NCBI RefSeq assembly: GCF_033153115.1
Contig: NW_026889762.1
Span: 4,278,001-4,342,000, forward strand
DNA: 64,000 nucleotides
Direction of reading: 5' to 3'
From: Saccostrea echinata
Lineage: Eukaryota
A model generated the notes under the pieces. The model made no database searches. It was not told the DNA's origin and saw only the letters and a program-made list of their open reading frames with translations. The position numbers and the translations under genes are program-made. Position 1 is the first letter of the stretch. Each line of letters opens with the position of its first letter. Positions 25,587 through 35,591 of the stretch are shown here, one piece after another.

Positions 25587-28500
25587 TAAATGATATATTT
25601 ATTTTCAATAACATACAACAAAATATTGAGGCAAAACTTCCGCAGAAGCCCTCTGTATATACCTCACCTGGGGTGCCAGGAGCTCCCTGGATCGGTATTT
25701 TTATTATAATATTTAATTTACAAAATAATATACATTAGATGAGAAAAAAAAATTACATGTACGTATACATATCATTGCTGACATTTCATTTCTATACATA
25801 TGCTTATATATCATTGTATAATATTTTTTATAAATAAAATAAGTATCATAGATGAAATATCTTAATTTATATACTTCTCAAAATACATACACAAAGAAAA
25901 TCATATTTGGTCAGCTAACTTTTTTAAAAGGTGGTAATTTAATTGAACACTTTTTGCATCCTTTGCTACTAAATAATACTGATATAATGATGATTTTAAA
26001 AAAGATAACATTGCATGTGCATTTACATTTTCATTTTGTAATCTACATTTCATTTTATACTTGTATATTTTGTAACCTACAATTGATATGACATTATTAA
26101 AAATTTTTGTTGTTTCGTTAAACTCATTAAAAAATCCTACAACAATATTTTTCCAGGATATATTTAATTTCAATATTTTTGATATTTTTTCCCATAATCT
26201 TTTTGAATCCGAACATTCTAAAATTAAATGTTCAATATATTCTACTTGTCCACAACTTGTACAATTTTTCCCCACCTCTTTATTCCATTTACTTACATTA
26301 TAATTACAGTTCAGCTGATTATGTAAAAGTTTAAAATTGAATTCTGCTATCTGTTTATCAAATACATTTAATATCTTAGCTGTATAAATATTTTTCCATT
26401 GACCATTTGTTATATTGAATTCTTTTGACCACTTCGTTTCCATTATTGGCTTTTGCTTCTTTTTAGAAAGTAGAATTTTATAATAAAATCCTGATTTTTC
26501 AAATTCTGGGTTTCTACTTTTTCCTTGAAAATAAAAATAGGGTTTTTGTATATTAGTGTTTTTTACATTACAGTAATCTATATTTAGCTTTTTAATTGCT
26601 TTTTTCATTATTAGATATTCACATAAGTAATTACTTTTTGATTCAATGATCTCTTTTACATCCGTAATATCTTTCATACCTTCTGTTGTAAACAGATCTT
26701 TTACGTATAGAACACCACTTCTTGCCCAGTTTTTTAGATATAGTGGTTTATTGTCGTGTTTAATGAAACTGTTTAACCATAAGTTTTCTGTAATTTTATT
26801 ACGCGGTGATAACGATTTACATTCGTTAAAACTACAGAAAATATTCTTGTAAAATTTCGAGAATTTGTTTAAAACGTTGAAATCATTCGGATTTATAATA
26901 TTACTACGTAATAGGTATTCAAAGTTTATTCCATAACTTTTTAATGCGTTATCTAAAAAAATTCTAAGCGTAGAGTTCTCATTGTATAGCCTTTTGATCC
27001 ATCCGGCTTTTACGCTTTTAAGTTTGCATTCGATATCTATTAAACCAAGACCACCCTCATTTATTGGCCTTATAAGTGCATTGCGTTTAATTCTCTCTCT
27101 CTTATTCCATAAAAAATTGTAAATAATTTTATTTATACTTTTAATGCATTCGACATCTGGATTTTCGAGAACTGTAAACACATATAATAATTTAGACACT
27201 ATGAGTGAATTAATAACGGTACATTTTCCGAAAAAAGTTAAGCTTCTTGTTCTCCATGAATCTAATATTTTTTCAAATTCTTTAAGCTTATGCAACCAAT
27301 TTTTTTCATTATTAGATATTTTGTCGTGTCCTAAGAAAATTCCGAGTGATTTAATAGGTTTATTTGTCATTTTAATTCCTTCTATATCTTCTCGTGTGTT
27401 TTTAAGGGGTCCCAAGAGAATACCCTCTGTTTTTTCTAAATTTAACTTAGTACCAGACATTTTCCCAAAAGATTGTATAACTTTAATAGACGCTTTTAAG
27501 GATTCAGTATTTTTCATTGGCAAAGTGCAATCATCTGCATGTTGTAAACATTTTATTTCGTCTGAGTGTCCAATTTTGAAACCTTGTATACTTTCAGAGG
27601 CATTTATTTTTAATACCATGATTTCAATAACAAAAAGAAAGAGCAATGCTGAGACGGGACATCCTTGCCTAATGCCTCTTGACATTGTACATTTTTTAGT
27701 TAACCAGTTATTATTTTTAACATGAAAATAAGGTTTTGTGTATAAAATTTTTATCCATCTTAGGAAATTATCTCCAAAATTGAATTTTTTAAGAGTTTGA
27801 AACAAGAAGTTCCATTCAACTGAGTCAAAAGCTTTTTGGAAATCGGCAAACAATAGTATTCCTTCTTCATTATTTTCTTCACAATAATCGTATATATCTA
27901 GTATTAACCTTGCATTTTCACCAATAAATCTTCCTTTGATATATCCAGTTTGATTTTTATTAATGAGTTTGTCCATAATCATTTGTAGTCTCTTTGCAAA
28001 TACGAAGGCTATTATTTTATAGTCGCAATTTGTTAAACTAATAGGACGATAGTTATCAAGATTTATTAAGCTCCCTTTTTTGTGTATGAGTGATAGAACA
28101 GAAGATCTCTGCGTAAATGATAATTCGCCTACCTCGAAGGATCTCAATAGGCTTTCATATAAATAAACTTTTACATATTTCCAAAACATCTTATAAAATT
28201 CCACGGGAATTCCGTCTAATCCCGGTGATTTATTCAATTTCATATTATATACAGCTTCTGCACATTCTTCAATTTCAGGAATTTTATCGCAATTTTCTCT
28301 ATCTTCATCAGATAGGTAATTAGTAAGTTCCGTTTCTTGCAAATATTGATTAATATCGTTGACTGATATATTGCTAGACGAATATAGTTTTTCATAGTAG
28401 GAACTTAGTGCATTTAAAATGTCTTGAGTTTCATAAACACAGTTATCTCCCACTGATAATTTATTTATGACATTATGTGATTGGTGTTTATTTTCTAATC

Positions 28501-31500
28501 TTAAGAAATAAGATGTGTTTTTTTCTCCGTCGTCAATCCAACGAGCTTTGGCTCTCACCCTGGCCCCCTTTGATTTATATGCATATAACTTATCTAGTTC
28601 TTTTTCCAAATTTCTTTTAAATATCATATTTATATCATCAGACTTAGACATTTCAATTTCTTCAATTTCTTTTTCTATTCGTTTAATTCTATTTTTTACG
28701 CTTTTGTTTTTCGATTTAGAATATTCAATGCATAGCTCTTTTATTTGATATTTGATCATTTCCCATCTTATTTGTGGATCTGTTTGGTTGCTAATATTTT
28801 CAGGTAGATCTTCAAAGAAGTTTTTGATAATGTTACAAAATTCCACGTCTTGTAAAATCGACGTATTCATTTTCCAGTAACCATTACCTCTATTATTTTT
28901 CGATATAGTACAGTAAAAAATAAATGATCTATGGTCGCTCATTCTAGTATTTGAAACATCTGGAGGTTTTCTAAGTAATATCTTTTCAACCGGATAACAT
29001 AAATTCTCTGAAGTGAATATGTAATCAATTCTACTTTTAGGTTTATTACTTGAATCGCACCATGTATTTCCTTCTTTTTCAGGATTAATTTTTTCCCATA
29101 AATCTATCAGCCGAAATTTAAACTTTAAATCATTAATCATTTTAGAACATTTGTTCTTTGCATTGTACAAGGAATTAAAATCCCCAACTAAAATTATGTT
29201 TTGTTCATTTAAACAATATTGAGAAACCCATGATGCAAGTTTTTTGAAAAATTTACATCTCTCATTTTCTGAATTTGGTGCATATATATTAACTAGAGTT
29301 ATAACATTTTTTTCATACTCAATATTAATTAATATTCTCCTTCCATCGTCTGATTTGTGTACATTATGTACAGTGATAGGTAAACTTTCATGAAATAAAA
29401 CAGATACCCCTCTACTATGAGATGAATTAGAAAAACAATGGTAGCTTGAACCATGCCATCTAGCATTGTAAATATTTTCTTTGTCAGTTACATAATGAGT
29501 TTCTTGTAGAAAAACAATTTTGCAATTAATATCATTAAGCCAATCATATAAAGTTTGCCTCTTAGAATAGTCATTAAGCCCGCGAGCATTTAACGACAGA
29601 AACTTTAAAACTGACATATACAGAAAAGTTCAATTTGTTCATTCATTTTAACTTATTAATTACCGTTTCTCTGTTGATCTTTTTTTCCTGCTTTTTCTAA
29701 GGTTTTCGGCGGCGCAAGCAATTATCTCCCCCATCATGTTTTTTCCTGGCCAGGCCGTTGGTGATGTTTTGATTGTTTCTTCAAATGACAGGGCAGTTCC
29801 CCAGTAAGGATCATAAACTGGGTGTCCAAAGAACACAGACGGCTTAAAGGAATTCAGTGTGTCTCTCATTTTATCGCATTGTTTTACCTTTTCTGCGATG
29901 ATTTGTTCCATGACTCCCTTTTCCGTTTCTTTCCATTGATCTGATTTTTGGACAAGATTGCCGATGCGTTTTGCTTCTAGGGCAGTCTTGGCATTACGAA
30001 TGCGCTCCGCTGCAACAACATCGCCGGATCTTAGCGCCTTTGCTGTTTGGAAGGCTTGCTCCGCCGACTTAAAAGTCTCTCCGAAAATCTTTAACTCACA
30101 TGGGAAGAAATTTGACAAGACATTGTTTTCTCCCTGAAAGGTTTCCAAATTTTTTGGTTTTACGGGAATGTAGAAATCACATGATTCACACCCTGGTTTA
30201 TGTCCAGATTTTTTGCATACTGCGCAACATGGCTCGTTTTCGCAATGAAACCTATTGTGCCCACTTTTCCAACAATTAGTACACGTGAGTGCTGGTTTGT
30301 CTATGTGTTGGTCTTGGTGAAACAGCTTACATTTAAGCCCGGCACAATACACATTTCTGGGTAAGCATGCATTAGGCGGCAAGGGTTCTATGTACAGAAA
30401 ACGGTTTCCGTTTAAAACACTGGTCATTTTCTTTGTTTCCGGATTTCTAATTTTTTCATAATATATTTCAGTTTTCGGTGTGACTTTTAATTTTGAAAGC
30501 ATTTCGAACACGGCACTATCATCCACTGATAGAGGGACGCCGCAAATTGTGATTTTTAAAGACTTATCATCGGGAGCTTCAAGGCCTGTTGAATAGGGAT
30601 TAGAGTCATACACCCTGACATGTTGGCCCCCAATATCTAAGCCCTGCAGAAGAAGACCATCTCTTCCCTCTTTTGTGTTCAGATAGATCCGCCACAAATC
30701 CCTATCCAATTGAATACACCGGATGGTATCACCGACAACCTTTGTAGCACACTGCACAAGTAGAAAATTAGATATCTTGCCCTCCTTCGGAGCAAGGATT
30801 TCACTGTTCTTTAAATAAACAGGCTTTAAGATTTGCGACATTGTTCAATGAGCACTAATCGCTGATCACTAGCTCACCGACTCAGGTACAAATAAACAAG
30901 AAATATAAATGCACATAAATCCAACAGTTTTAGGAAATTCACAGAAAATTATATCTATATAGCCTATTTGTCTATATAAGCCACATAGAATTTGAAATGC
31001 GGAATATAAATCCAAGAAAATTGATCAAAAATACGGAGCTCGAAAGGTAACGTCCATACCCGTAAGCCCGTCACGTGATCCTGTAAACATTTTTAATTTT
31101 AGCTGTACTCACATTTTACCACCTTTTGGACTACTTCCTGTCCACTAAATAAAGTACACACTAGTACTCAGGTATTGAAGACCCTGGGCTAACAATAAAA
31201 AAAATATTTGTTTGATGTACTCTGACTGACCAGCTAAAATCACCACTACCCAATATTTTTTTTCAGTACTTTAGATTCTTTTTTTTCTTTGTTTTTCAAA
31301 TAAGAACATACAGATCGTCTGTATTGATTATAAAGTTAAGTATGAGGTATAAAGTTCATTGAGAGACACATTAAGTTTTTACAGCCTTGTATAATGAAAA
31401 ATATCAATAAATTTCTAAGTTTGTAATTTTTATGACATTTATCAGTGTGTTAGATAATTATACAATTCAAAAAAAAAATTCTAACCTACCTACCCACCTT

Positions 31501-31850
31501 GAAAATTGTACGGCAGAGTACAAACAAAAACAAAAATTTTAATGATGGTAATAGGTAAACTTTCTATACATTCTAACCAGGTGATACTATAAGCAGAGCA
31601 ATATACACTAATTGCTGATGCAAATGCTCAGATGTAAATCGAGAGCTTTCCTTTAAGTAAATTTTGTGTGAAGTTAGCTTGATCATTTTAATGTTTTTTG
31701 GGTTTTTTTTTTTTCAGGTTAAAAGCCTTGTCCATAGAACCATACTCTATAGAGGAAGCAGAGCGGGCAGGAGGAATGGGATCTTATAAAGCTCCAAAGA
31801 AGGTTACCGTGGAAACACAGTTAACAAACATGGATACTGATGACACATAA
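23963..31850 (+). CDS. ZNF593: Zinc finger protein 593 (Bud20 orthologue, C2H2 ribosome-biogenesis factor)
   Basis: Exons 23963-24156, 24349-24411 and 31718-31850 splice in frame to MGRLARKK...KDLDEIHED...[60 protein letters not shown]..., the recognisable ZNF593/Bud20 signature. Confidence 0.93.
25901..29617 (-). CDS. LINE ORF2p: AP-like endonuclease, reverse transcriptase and C-terminal CCHC finger (1238 aa)
   Basis: EN motifs SLNARGL, FLQETH, NIYAPN, VGDFN, SRIDY, SDH. RT motifs [38 protein letters not shown]-terminal [17 protein letters not shown]. Confidence 0.97.
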   Translation of the reverse strand: MSVLKFLSLNARGLNDYSKRQTLYDWLNDINCKIVFLQETHYVTDKENIYNARWHGSSYHCFSNSSHSRGVSVLFHESLPITVHNVHKSDDGRRILINIEYEKNVITLVNIYAPNSENERCKFFKKLASWVSQYCLNEQNIILVGDFNSLYNAKNKCSKMINDLKFKFRLIDLWEKINPEKEGNTWCDSSNKPKSRIDYIFTSENLCYPVEKILLRKPPDVSNTRMSDHRSFIFYCTISKNNRGNGYWKMNTSILQDVEFCNIIKNFFEDLPENISNQTDPQIRWEMIKYQIKELCIEYSKSKNKSVKNRIKRIEKEIEEIEMSKSDDINMIFKRNLEKELDKLYAYKSKGARVRAKARWIDDGEKNTSYFLRLENKHQSHNVINKLSVGDNCVYETQDILNALSSYYEKLYSSSNISVNDINQYLQETELTNYLSDEDRENCDKIPEIEECAEAVYNMKLNKSPGLDGIPVEFYKMFWKYVKVYLYESLLRSFEVGELSFTQRSSVLSLIHKKGSLINLDNYRPISLTNCDYKIIAFVFAKRLQMIMDKLINKNQTGYIKGRFIGENARLILDIYDYCEENNEEGILLFADFQKAFDSVEWNFLFQTLKKFNFGDNFLRWIKILYTKPYFHVKNNNWLTKKCTMSRGIRQGCPVSALLFLFVIEIMVLKINASESIQGFKIGHSDEIKCLQHADDCTLPMKNTESLKASIKVIQSFGKMSGTKLNLEKTEGILLGPLKNTREDIEGIKMTNKPIKSLGIFLGHDKISNNEKNWLHKLKEFEKILDSWRTRSLTFFGKCTVINSLIVSKLLYVFTVLENPDVECIKSINKIIYNFLWNKRERIKRNALIRPINEGGLGLIDIECKLKSVKAGWIKRLYNENSTLRIFLDNALKSYGINFEYLLRSNIINPNDFNVLNKFSKFYKNIFCSFNECKSLSPRNKITENLWLNSFIKHDNKPLYLKNWARSGVLYVKDLFTTEGMKDITDVKEIIESKSNYLCEYLIMKKAIKKLNIDYCNVKNTNIQKPYFYFQGKSRNPEFEKSGFYYKILLSKKKQKPIMETKWSKEFNITNGQWKNIYTAKILNVFDKQIAEFNFKLLHNQLNCNYNVSKWNKEVGKNCTSCGQVEYIEHLILECSDSKRLWEKISKILKLNISWKNIVVGFFNEFNETTKIFNNVISIVGYKIYKYKMKCRLQNENVNAHAMLSFLKSSLYQYYLVAKDAKSVQLNYHLLKKLADQI
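29660..30841 (-). CDS. LINE ORF1p: Tx1-type RRM-like region, two CCHC-like knuckles and a C-terminal NADAR/YbiA-like domain (393 aa)
   Basis: [13 protein letters not shown] and [10 protein letters not shown] resemble Tx1/ZCCHC3-like ORF1. Knuckles are [14 protein letters not shown] and [13 protein letters not shown]. Residues 235-382 carry [30 protein letters not shown] and WPGKNMMG. Confidence 0.9.
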   Translation of the reverse strand: MSQILKPVYLKNSEILAPKEGKISNFLLVQCATKVVGDTIRCIQLDRDLWRIYLNTKEGRDGLLLQGLDIGGQHVRVYDSNPYSTGLEAPDDKSLKITICGVPLSVDDSAVFEMLSKLKVTPKTEIYYEKIRNPETKKMTSVLNGNRFLYIEPLPPNACLPRNVYCAGLKCKLFHQDQHIDKPALTCTNCWKSGHNRFHCENEPCCAVCKKSGHKPGCESCDFYIPVKPKNLETFQGENNVLSNFFPCELKIFGETFKSAEQAFQTAKALRSGDVVAAERIRNAKTALEAKRIGNLVQKSDQWKETEKGVMEQIIAEKVKQCDKMRDTLNSFKPSVFFGHPVYDPYWGTALSFEETIKTSPTAWPGKNMMGEIIACAAENLRKSRKKRSTEKR

Positions 31851-32569
31851 TGGATCTGACTCTGTATCTGTTACATTTTGAAATGAATATAAAAGACTGA
31901 TATTTTTGATATCTCTAAAATCGTTTTATTGGAAGGAGCTGTAAGACAGATCCTATTTAAAAAAAATCCAGCAAAGCTTCAAAAAAGGATGATTTGGGGG
32001 GGGGGGGGGGTTAATTTAAGATTAGAGATGTTTAATTCATGGATTCAGATTTTACCCAATAAAAAAGTGTTGGAAGTAAATACATTCCAAATTCTGAACT
32101 TTGAATATTTCTTATGATCTGGGATATTAATTAACTAAAATTCATTCTGCTAGAACAATGGTCTTGTATTTATCATGCATGTCTTTGTTGACAAGTACTG
32201 TTAACTTAGGGAGACACTTAAAGTGGAACAATAGATGAGTATTATCCACATATCTGATTAAAATCTGCTGTCTTGATAGGCTACCACTTATCCTTGTAAG
32301 CGGTAACATATCAGAACAGCTGATTTTTATCAGATTGACAAGTGATGTCTATATAGGGTTATAGAATATTGAACAAAGAAATAGGTGATACATGTACAAG
32401 GAATCAGGACCCTATTTTTCCAAAAAAGTTATGACTTAGACCAAACTATGTTTTTGCAATTATTGTCTTTTTTACTTGGATATTAAAAATGAATTAAATT
32501 TAATCAAATAATTTGAAAAATGTTATAATCATTTTTTTAAAGAATTTTGAAATATATTTCTATAGAATT

Positions 32570-32596
32570 TTCAGCTCACCTAAGCTGAAAGCTTGA

Positions 32597-32645
<49 letters not shown>

Positions 32646-34202
32646 CGTTGTCCATCATCCATCCATCCGTCTAGCTGTCCATCCGTCCGTCTGGAAACTT
32701 TTTCACATTTTCAACTTCTTCTCAAGAACCACTGAGCCAATTTTAGCCAAAATTGGCACAAAGCATCCTTGGGTGAAGGGGAGTTTGAAGGGGAGATAAT
32801 CAAGAAAAGAAAAAAATAGGGTGGGGTCATTAAAAAATCTTCTTCACAAGAATCACTGAACCAGAAAAGCTGAAACTTATGTGGAAGCATCCTGGGGTAG
32901 TGTAGATTCTAAATTTTACAAATCATAACCCCCGAGGGTAGGGCAGGGCCACAATAGGGAATCCAAGTTTTACATTGAAATATGTAGAAAATATCATGAA
33001 AAATCTTATTTTCTAGAACCAATGGGCCAGAAAAGCTGAAACTAATGTAGAAGCATCCTTGGGTAGTGTAGATTCTAAATTGTACAAATCATGAACCCAT
33101 GAGGTAGGGCGGGGCCACAATAAGTATTACAAGGAGGAAAATCAGATGAAGAACAGCAGGGCCAAGGTTACTCGGGTGAGCGTTGTGGCCCATGGGCCTC
33201 TTGTTTGATCAGCCGTTGTCCAGCATCCGTCTACATGTCTATGAACTTTACACATTTTAGACTTCTTAACAGGAACTTTTGGGCCACTTTTAATCGAAGA
33301 TAACTTGAAATATTCTTAGGTGAAGGAAATTCAAATTTTTTCAAAAAAGGTGGCCATGCCCCTTGTCAGGAGAGATAATGAACAAAAGGCAAAAATAGGG
33401 TGTGGTGATTAAAAAATCTTCTTGAGAACCACTTGCCTAGAAAAAGATGAAACTTTCATGGAAGCTTTCGTAGGTAATAAAGATTTTGTAAATTGCCCCT
33501 GGGTTTTGGAGGGGGAGGGATTGCACAATAGGTAATCAAAGTTTTACATTGGAATATATTGGAAAAAAGTCTTCTTTTTAAGAACCAGAAATAATGAAAT
33601 TATGTGAAAACTTCCTAAGGTAGTGATAGTTCTAAAGTGTACAAATCATTGCCCCCTTGAGTTGGGTGGGGTCACAATAGGGGATCAATTTAATGGGACA
33701 TTTTTTTCTTACATATGTTTTAAAGAACCACTGTACTTGAAAAAAATACAACTTATACATAATGTAGATTCTAAATTACTCAAATCATGGTCCCCTGAAG
33801 TGGTTTTGAGCCACAAGAGGCAATCAAAGTCTGTACATTGAAACATATTGGAACAAATGTTTAAAAATCTTCATCTAAAAAAAAATTGGACCAGAAAAGG
33901 TGAAACTCATGTGAAAACATTCTCAAATAATGTGAATTCAAAATTATGGACTATTTGTTAGAGCTGGCTAAAATTGGGATCAAATGTATTTATGTATACA
34001 GGAAAAGGATTTTCTTCTTCATAACAGCAAGATCATGTTAGTTCATATTGATATTGAAGCATGTGTGGATTAAGAGTCCCCTTAGAGTTAGGCTGCATGG
34101 GGCTAAAATATCAAGTCACAATTTTTTCATGGGGATATAGAAGGATAAAAATCTAATGAAGAACTTGCTTAGGTGAGCATTGTGGCCCAAGGACCTCTTG
34201 TT
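32570..34202 (+). mobile_element. Older Helentron/HINE-like element interrupted by a younger copy of the same family
   Basis: Head TCAGCTCACCTAAGCTGAAAGCTTGAG at 32571. The body resumes at 33207 (GATCAGCCGTTGTCC) and ends AGGTGAGCATTGTGGCCCAAGGACCTCTTGTT. Confidence 0.7.
32598..33206 (+). mobile_element. Nested Helentron/HINE-like element
   Basis: 5' end TTTTTAGCTCACCTGAGCTGAAAGCTCAAGTGAGC; 3' end CTCGGGTGAGCGTTGTGGCCCATGGGCCTCTTGTTT with palindrome. Confidence 0.8.
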
Positions 34203-34739
34203 ATGCAGAATATTTTGTAAGCAAGATGTTAGAAATAGTAAGAATTGTTGCTCTAGTTGTAAGCTCTTTATTTGTAAAAAGAGCCCCTGGTTGGGAAAAT
34301 TGATTTCGGTCGGCAGGGGATGCTCACTCCTCCATGGCACCTGATCCCACCTCTGATGTTTTGGAGGTCTGTGTTTGCTCTGCTCCTATTTGTTTATTGT
34401 TTAATGGACTTTTGAGCTTGAATACTGTTCGTTATCTCCATATATTTCATTTCAGCTTAAGTTTGACAGGCCTTAATTTCTAATTTTCTTTTAATCTGTG
34501 TGAAGTCCATTAAGAGACCAGGAATCTGGAAATTGTTGTCCTTTGTTTATTGGGCTGTCTGTGGACTTTAACATGTTGCTAAATGTCACCTCAGAAATCT
34601 ATCATTTTCAAACAAACTTGGTATAGAATCATCTTTTGTTCAAGGTGTACAAGGTTTTTAAAAATGAGAGTCCAAGAATGCTCGAAATGGGAAATTATAA
34701 AAGATGTAAAGTCCAAAATATTTTCTTGAAGGAAATAAA

Positions 34740-35002
34740 CAAACCAGAAGTCTCTGACAAGACTGTAGCACCACTGGTTTTTAATTACTAAGCAAAGGTA
34801 GAGAAATGTATCACTTGGAATTGATACTATGGCAACAGCAACATAAAGATAATGACCTTGGTTTAGCCTCTTCCTACATGTACGTCAAGTTAAATTGCAA
34901 TGGGACACAAATATTTACTATAGAAGGAGTAGCATTTTCAAAGAATTTCAAGCAAATACAATTTTAAGTGACTATGGCAACACCATTAATCAAACTTAAA
35001 AA

Positions 35003-35097
<95 letters not shown>

Positions 35098-35422
35098 ATG
35101 TATTTCAATGTAGCCTACATGTGTACCCAGTTGTATTGAAATTGGACTAAAGCTGTAGGAGGAGTAGCAATTTGTAACCATTTCAGAAATTTCTATATTT
35201 TAGTAACCATGGTAACACCATTAATTGAAATCAAAAACGATCAACAGAATTGTGTATTTTAGTGTACTCTGTGTACCAAGTTATATTGAAATCAGACCAA
35301 AACTGTATGAGGAGTAACATTTAGAAAAATTGTTTACAGACAAACTGACAGACAGACGGACGGATAGCTTATTATCGCATAAGCTCTTCTGGTCTCTGAC
35401 TAATATATATATAGAGCTAAAA
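34740..35422 (-). mobile_element. HINE-like repeat element, inverted relative to 35592-36591, containing a (TA)n tract
   Basis: Carries the reverse complements of AGAGACCAGAAGAGCTT, the GTCC/GTCT microsatellite, ACGCTACTCC and GTTGCCATGGTTACT seen in the adjacent copy. Confidence 0.55.
35006..35092. repeat. (TA)n microsatellite, about 43 units
   Basis: Seen directly. Confidence 0.97.
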
Positions 35423-35591
35423 ATTACAAAGGTTATTTGGAAGCTATCTCTCGTGCAGGGTTGCCATTTGATTCTCTCATGATCCGATGGAAGAGAGTGG
35501 TTTGGAACATGTCATGTATTTTAAAGATTTAATAATAAATTCCCTCAAACCATGGTCCCCAGAGCCATGTTAGGGCAGTTCCGGTCCAAGT

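Larger units (their letters stand above)
25554..31080 (-). mobile_element. Full-length non-LTR retrotransposon (L1/Tx1 clade), about 5.5 kb, antisense in a ZNF593 intron
   Basis: Two open ORFs; poly(A) tail (T-run 25549-25584); AATAAA on - at 25598-25603; 14-bp TSD CTGTAAACATTTTT at 25540-25553 and 31081-31094; about 240-nt 5' UTR. Confidence 0.96.

Noticed and set aside
27144-27725. 193-aa + strand ORF, and other ORFs antisense to ORF2, the TRIMs and the lipases
   Set aside because: They are shadow frames of real genes on the opposite strand and have no motifs of their own.
29696-30139. NADAR segment as bacterial contamination or an assembly chimera
   Set aside because: It is in frame with the zinc-knuckle ORF1, inside a TSD-bounded poly(A) element within a spliceosomal intron.
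34310-34445. GGCAGGGGATGCTCACTCCTCCATGGCACCTGATCCCACCTC as a structured ncRNA
   Set aside because: It is more plausibly a terminal fragment of a dispersed retroelement, and no RNA family could be supported.
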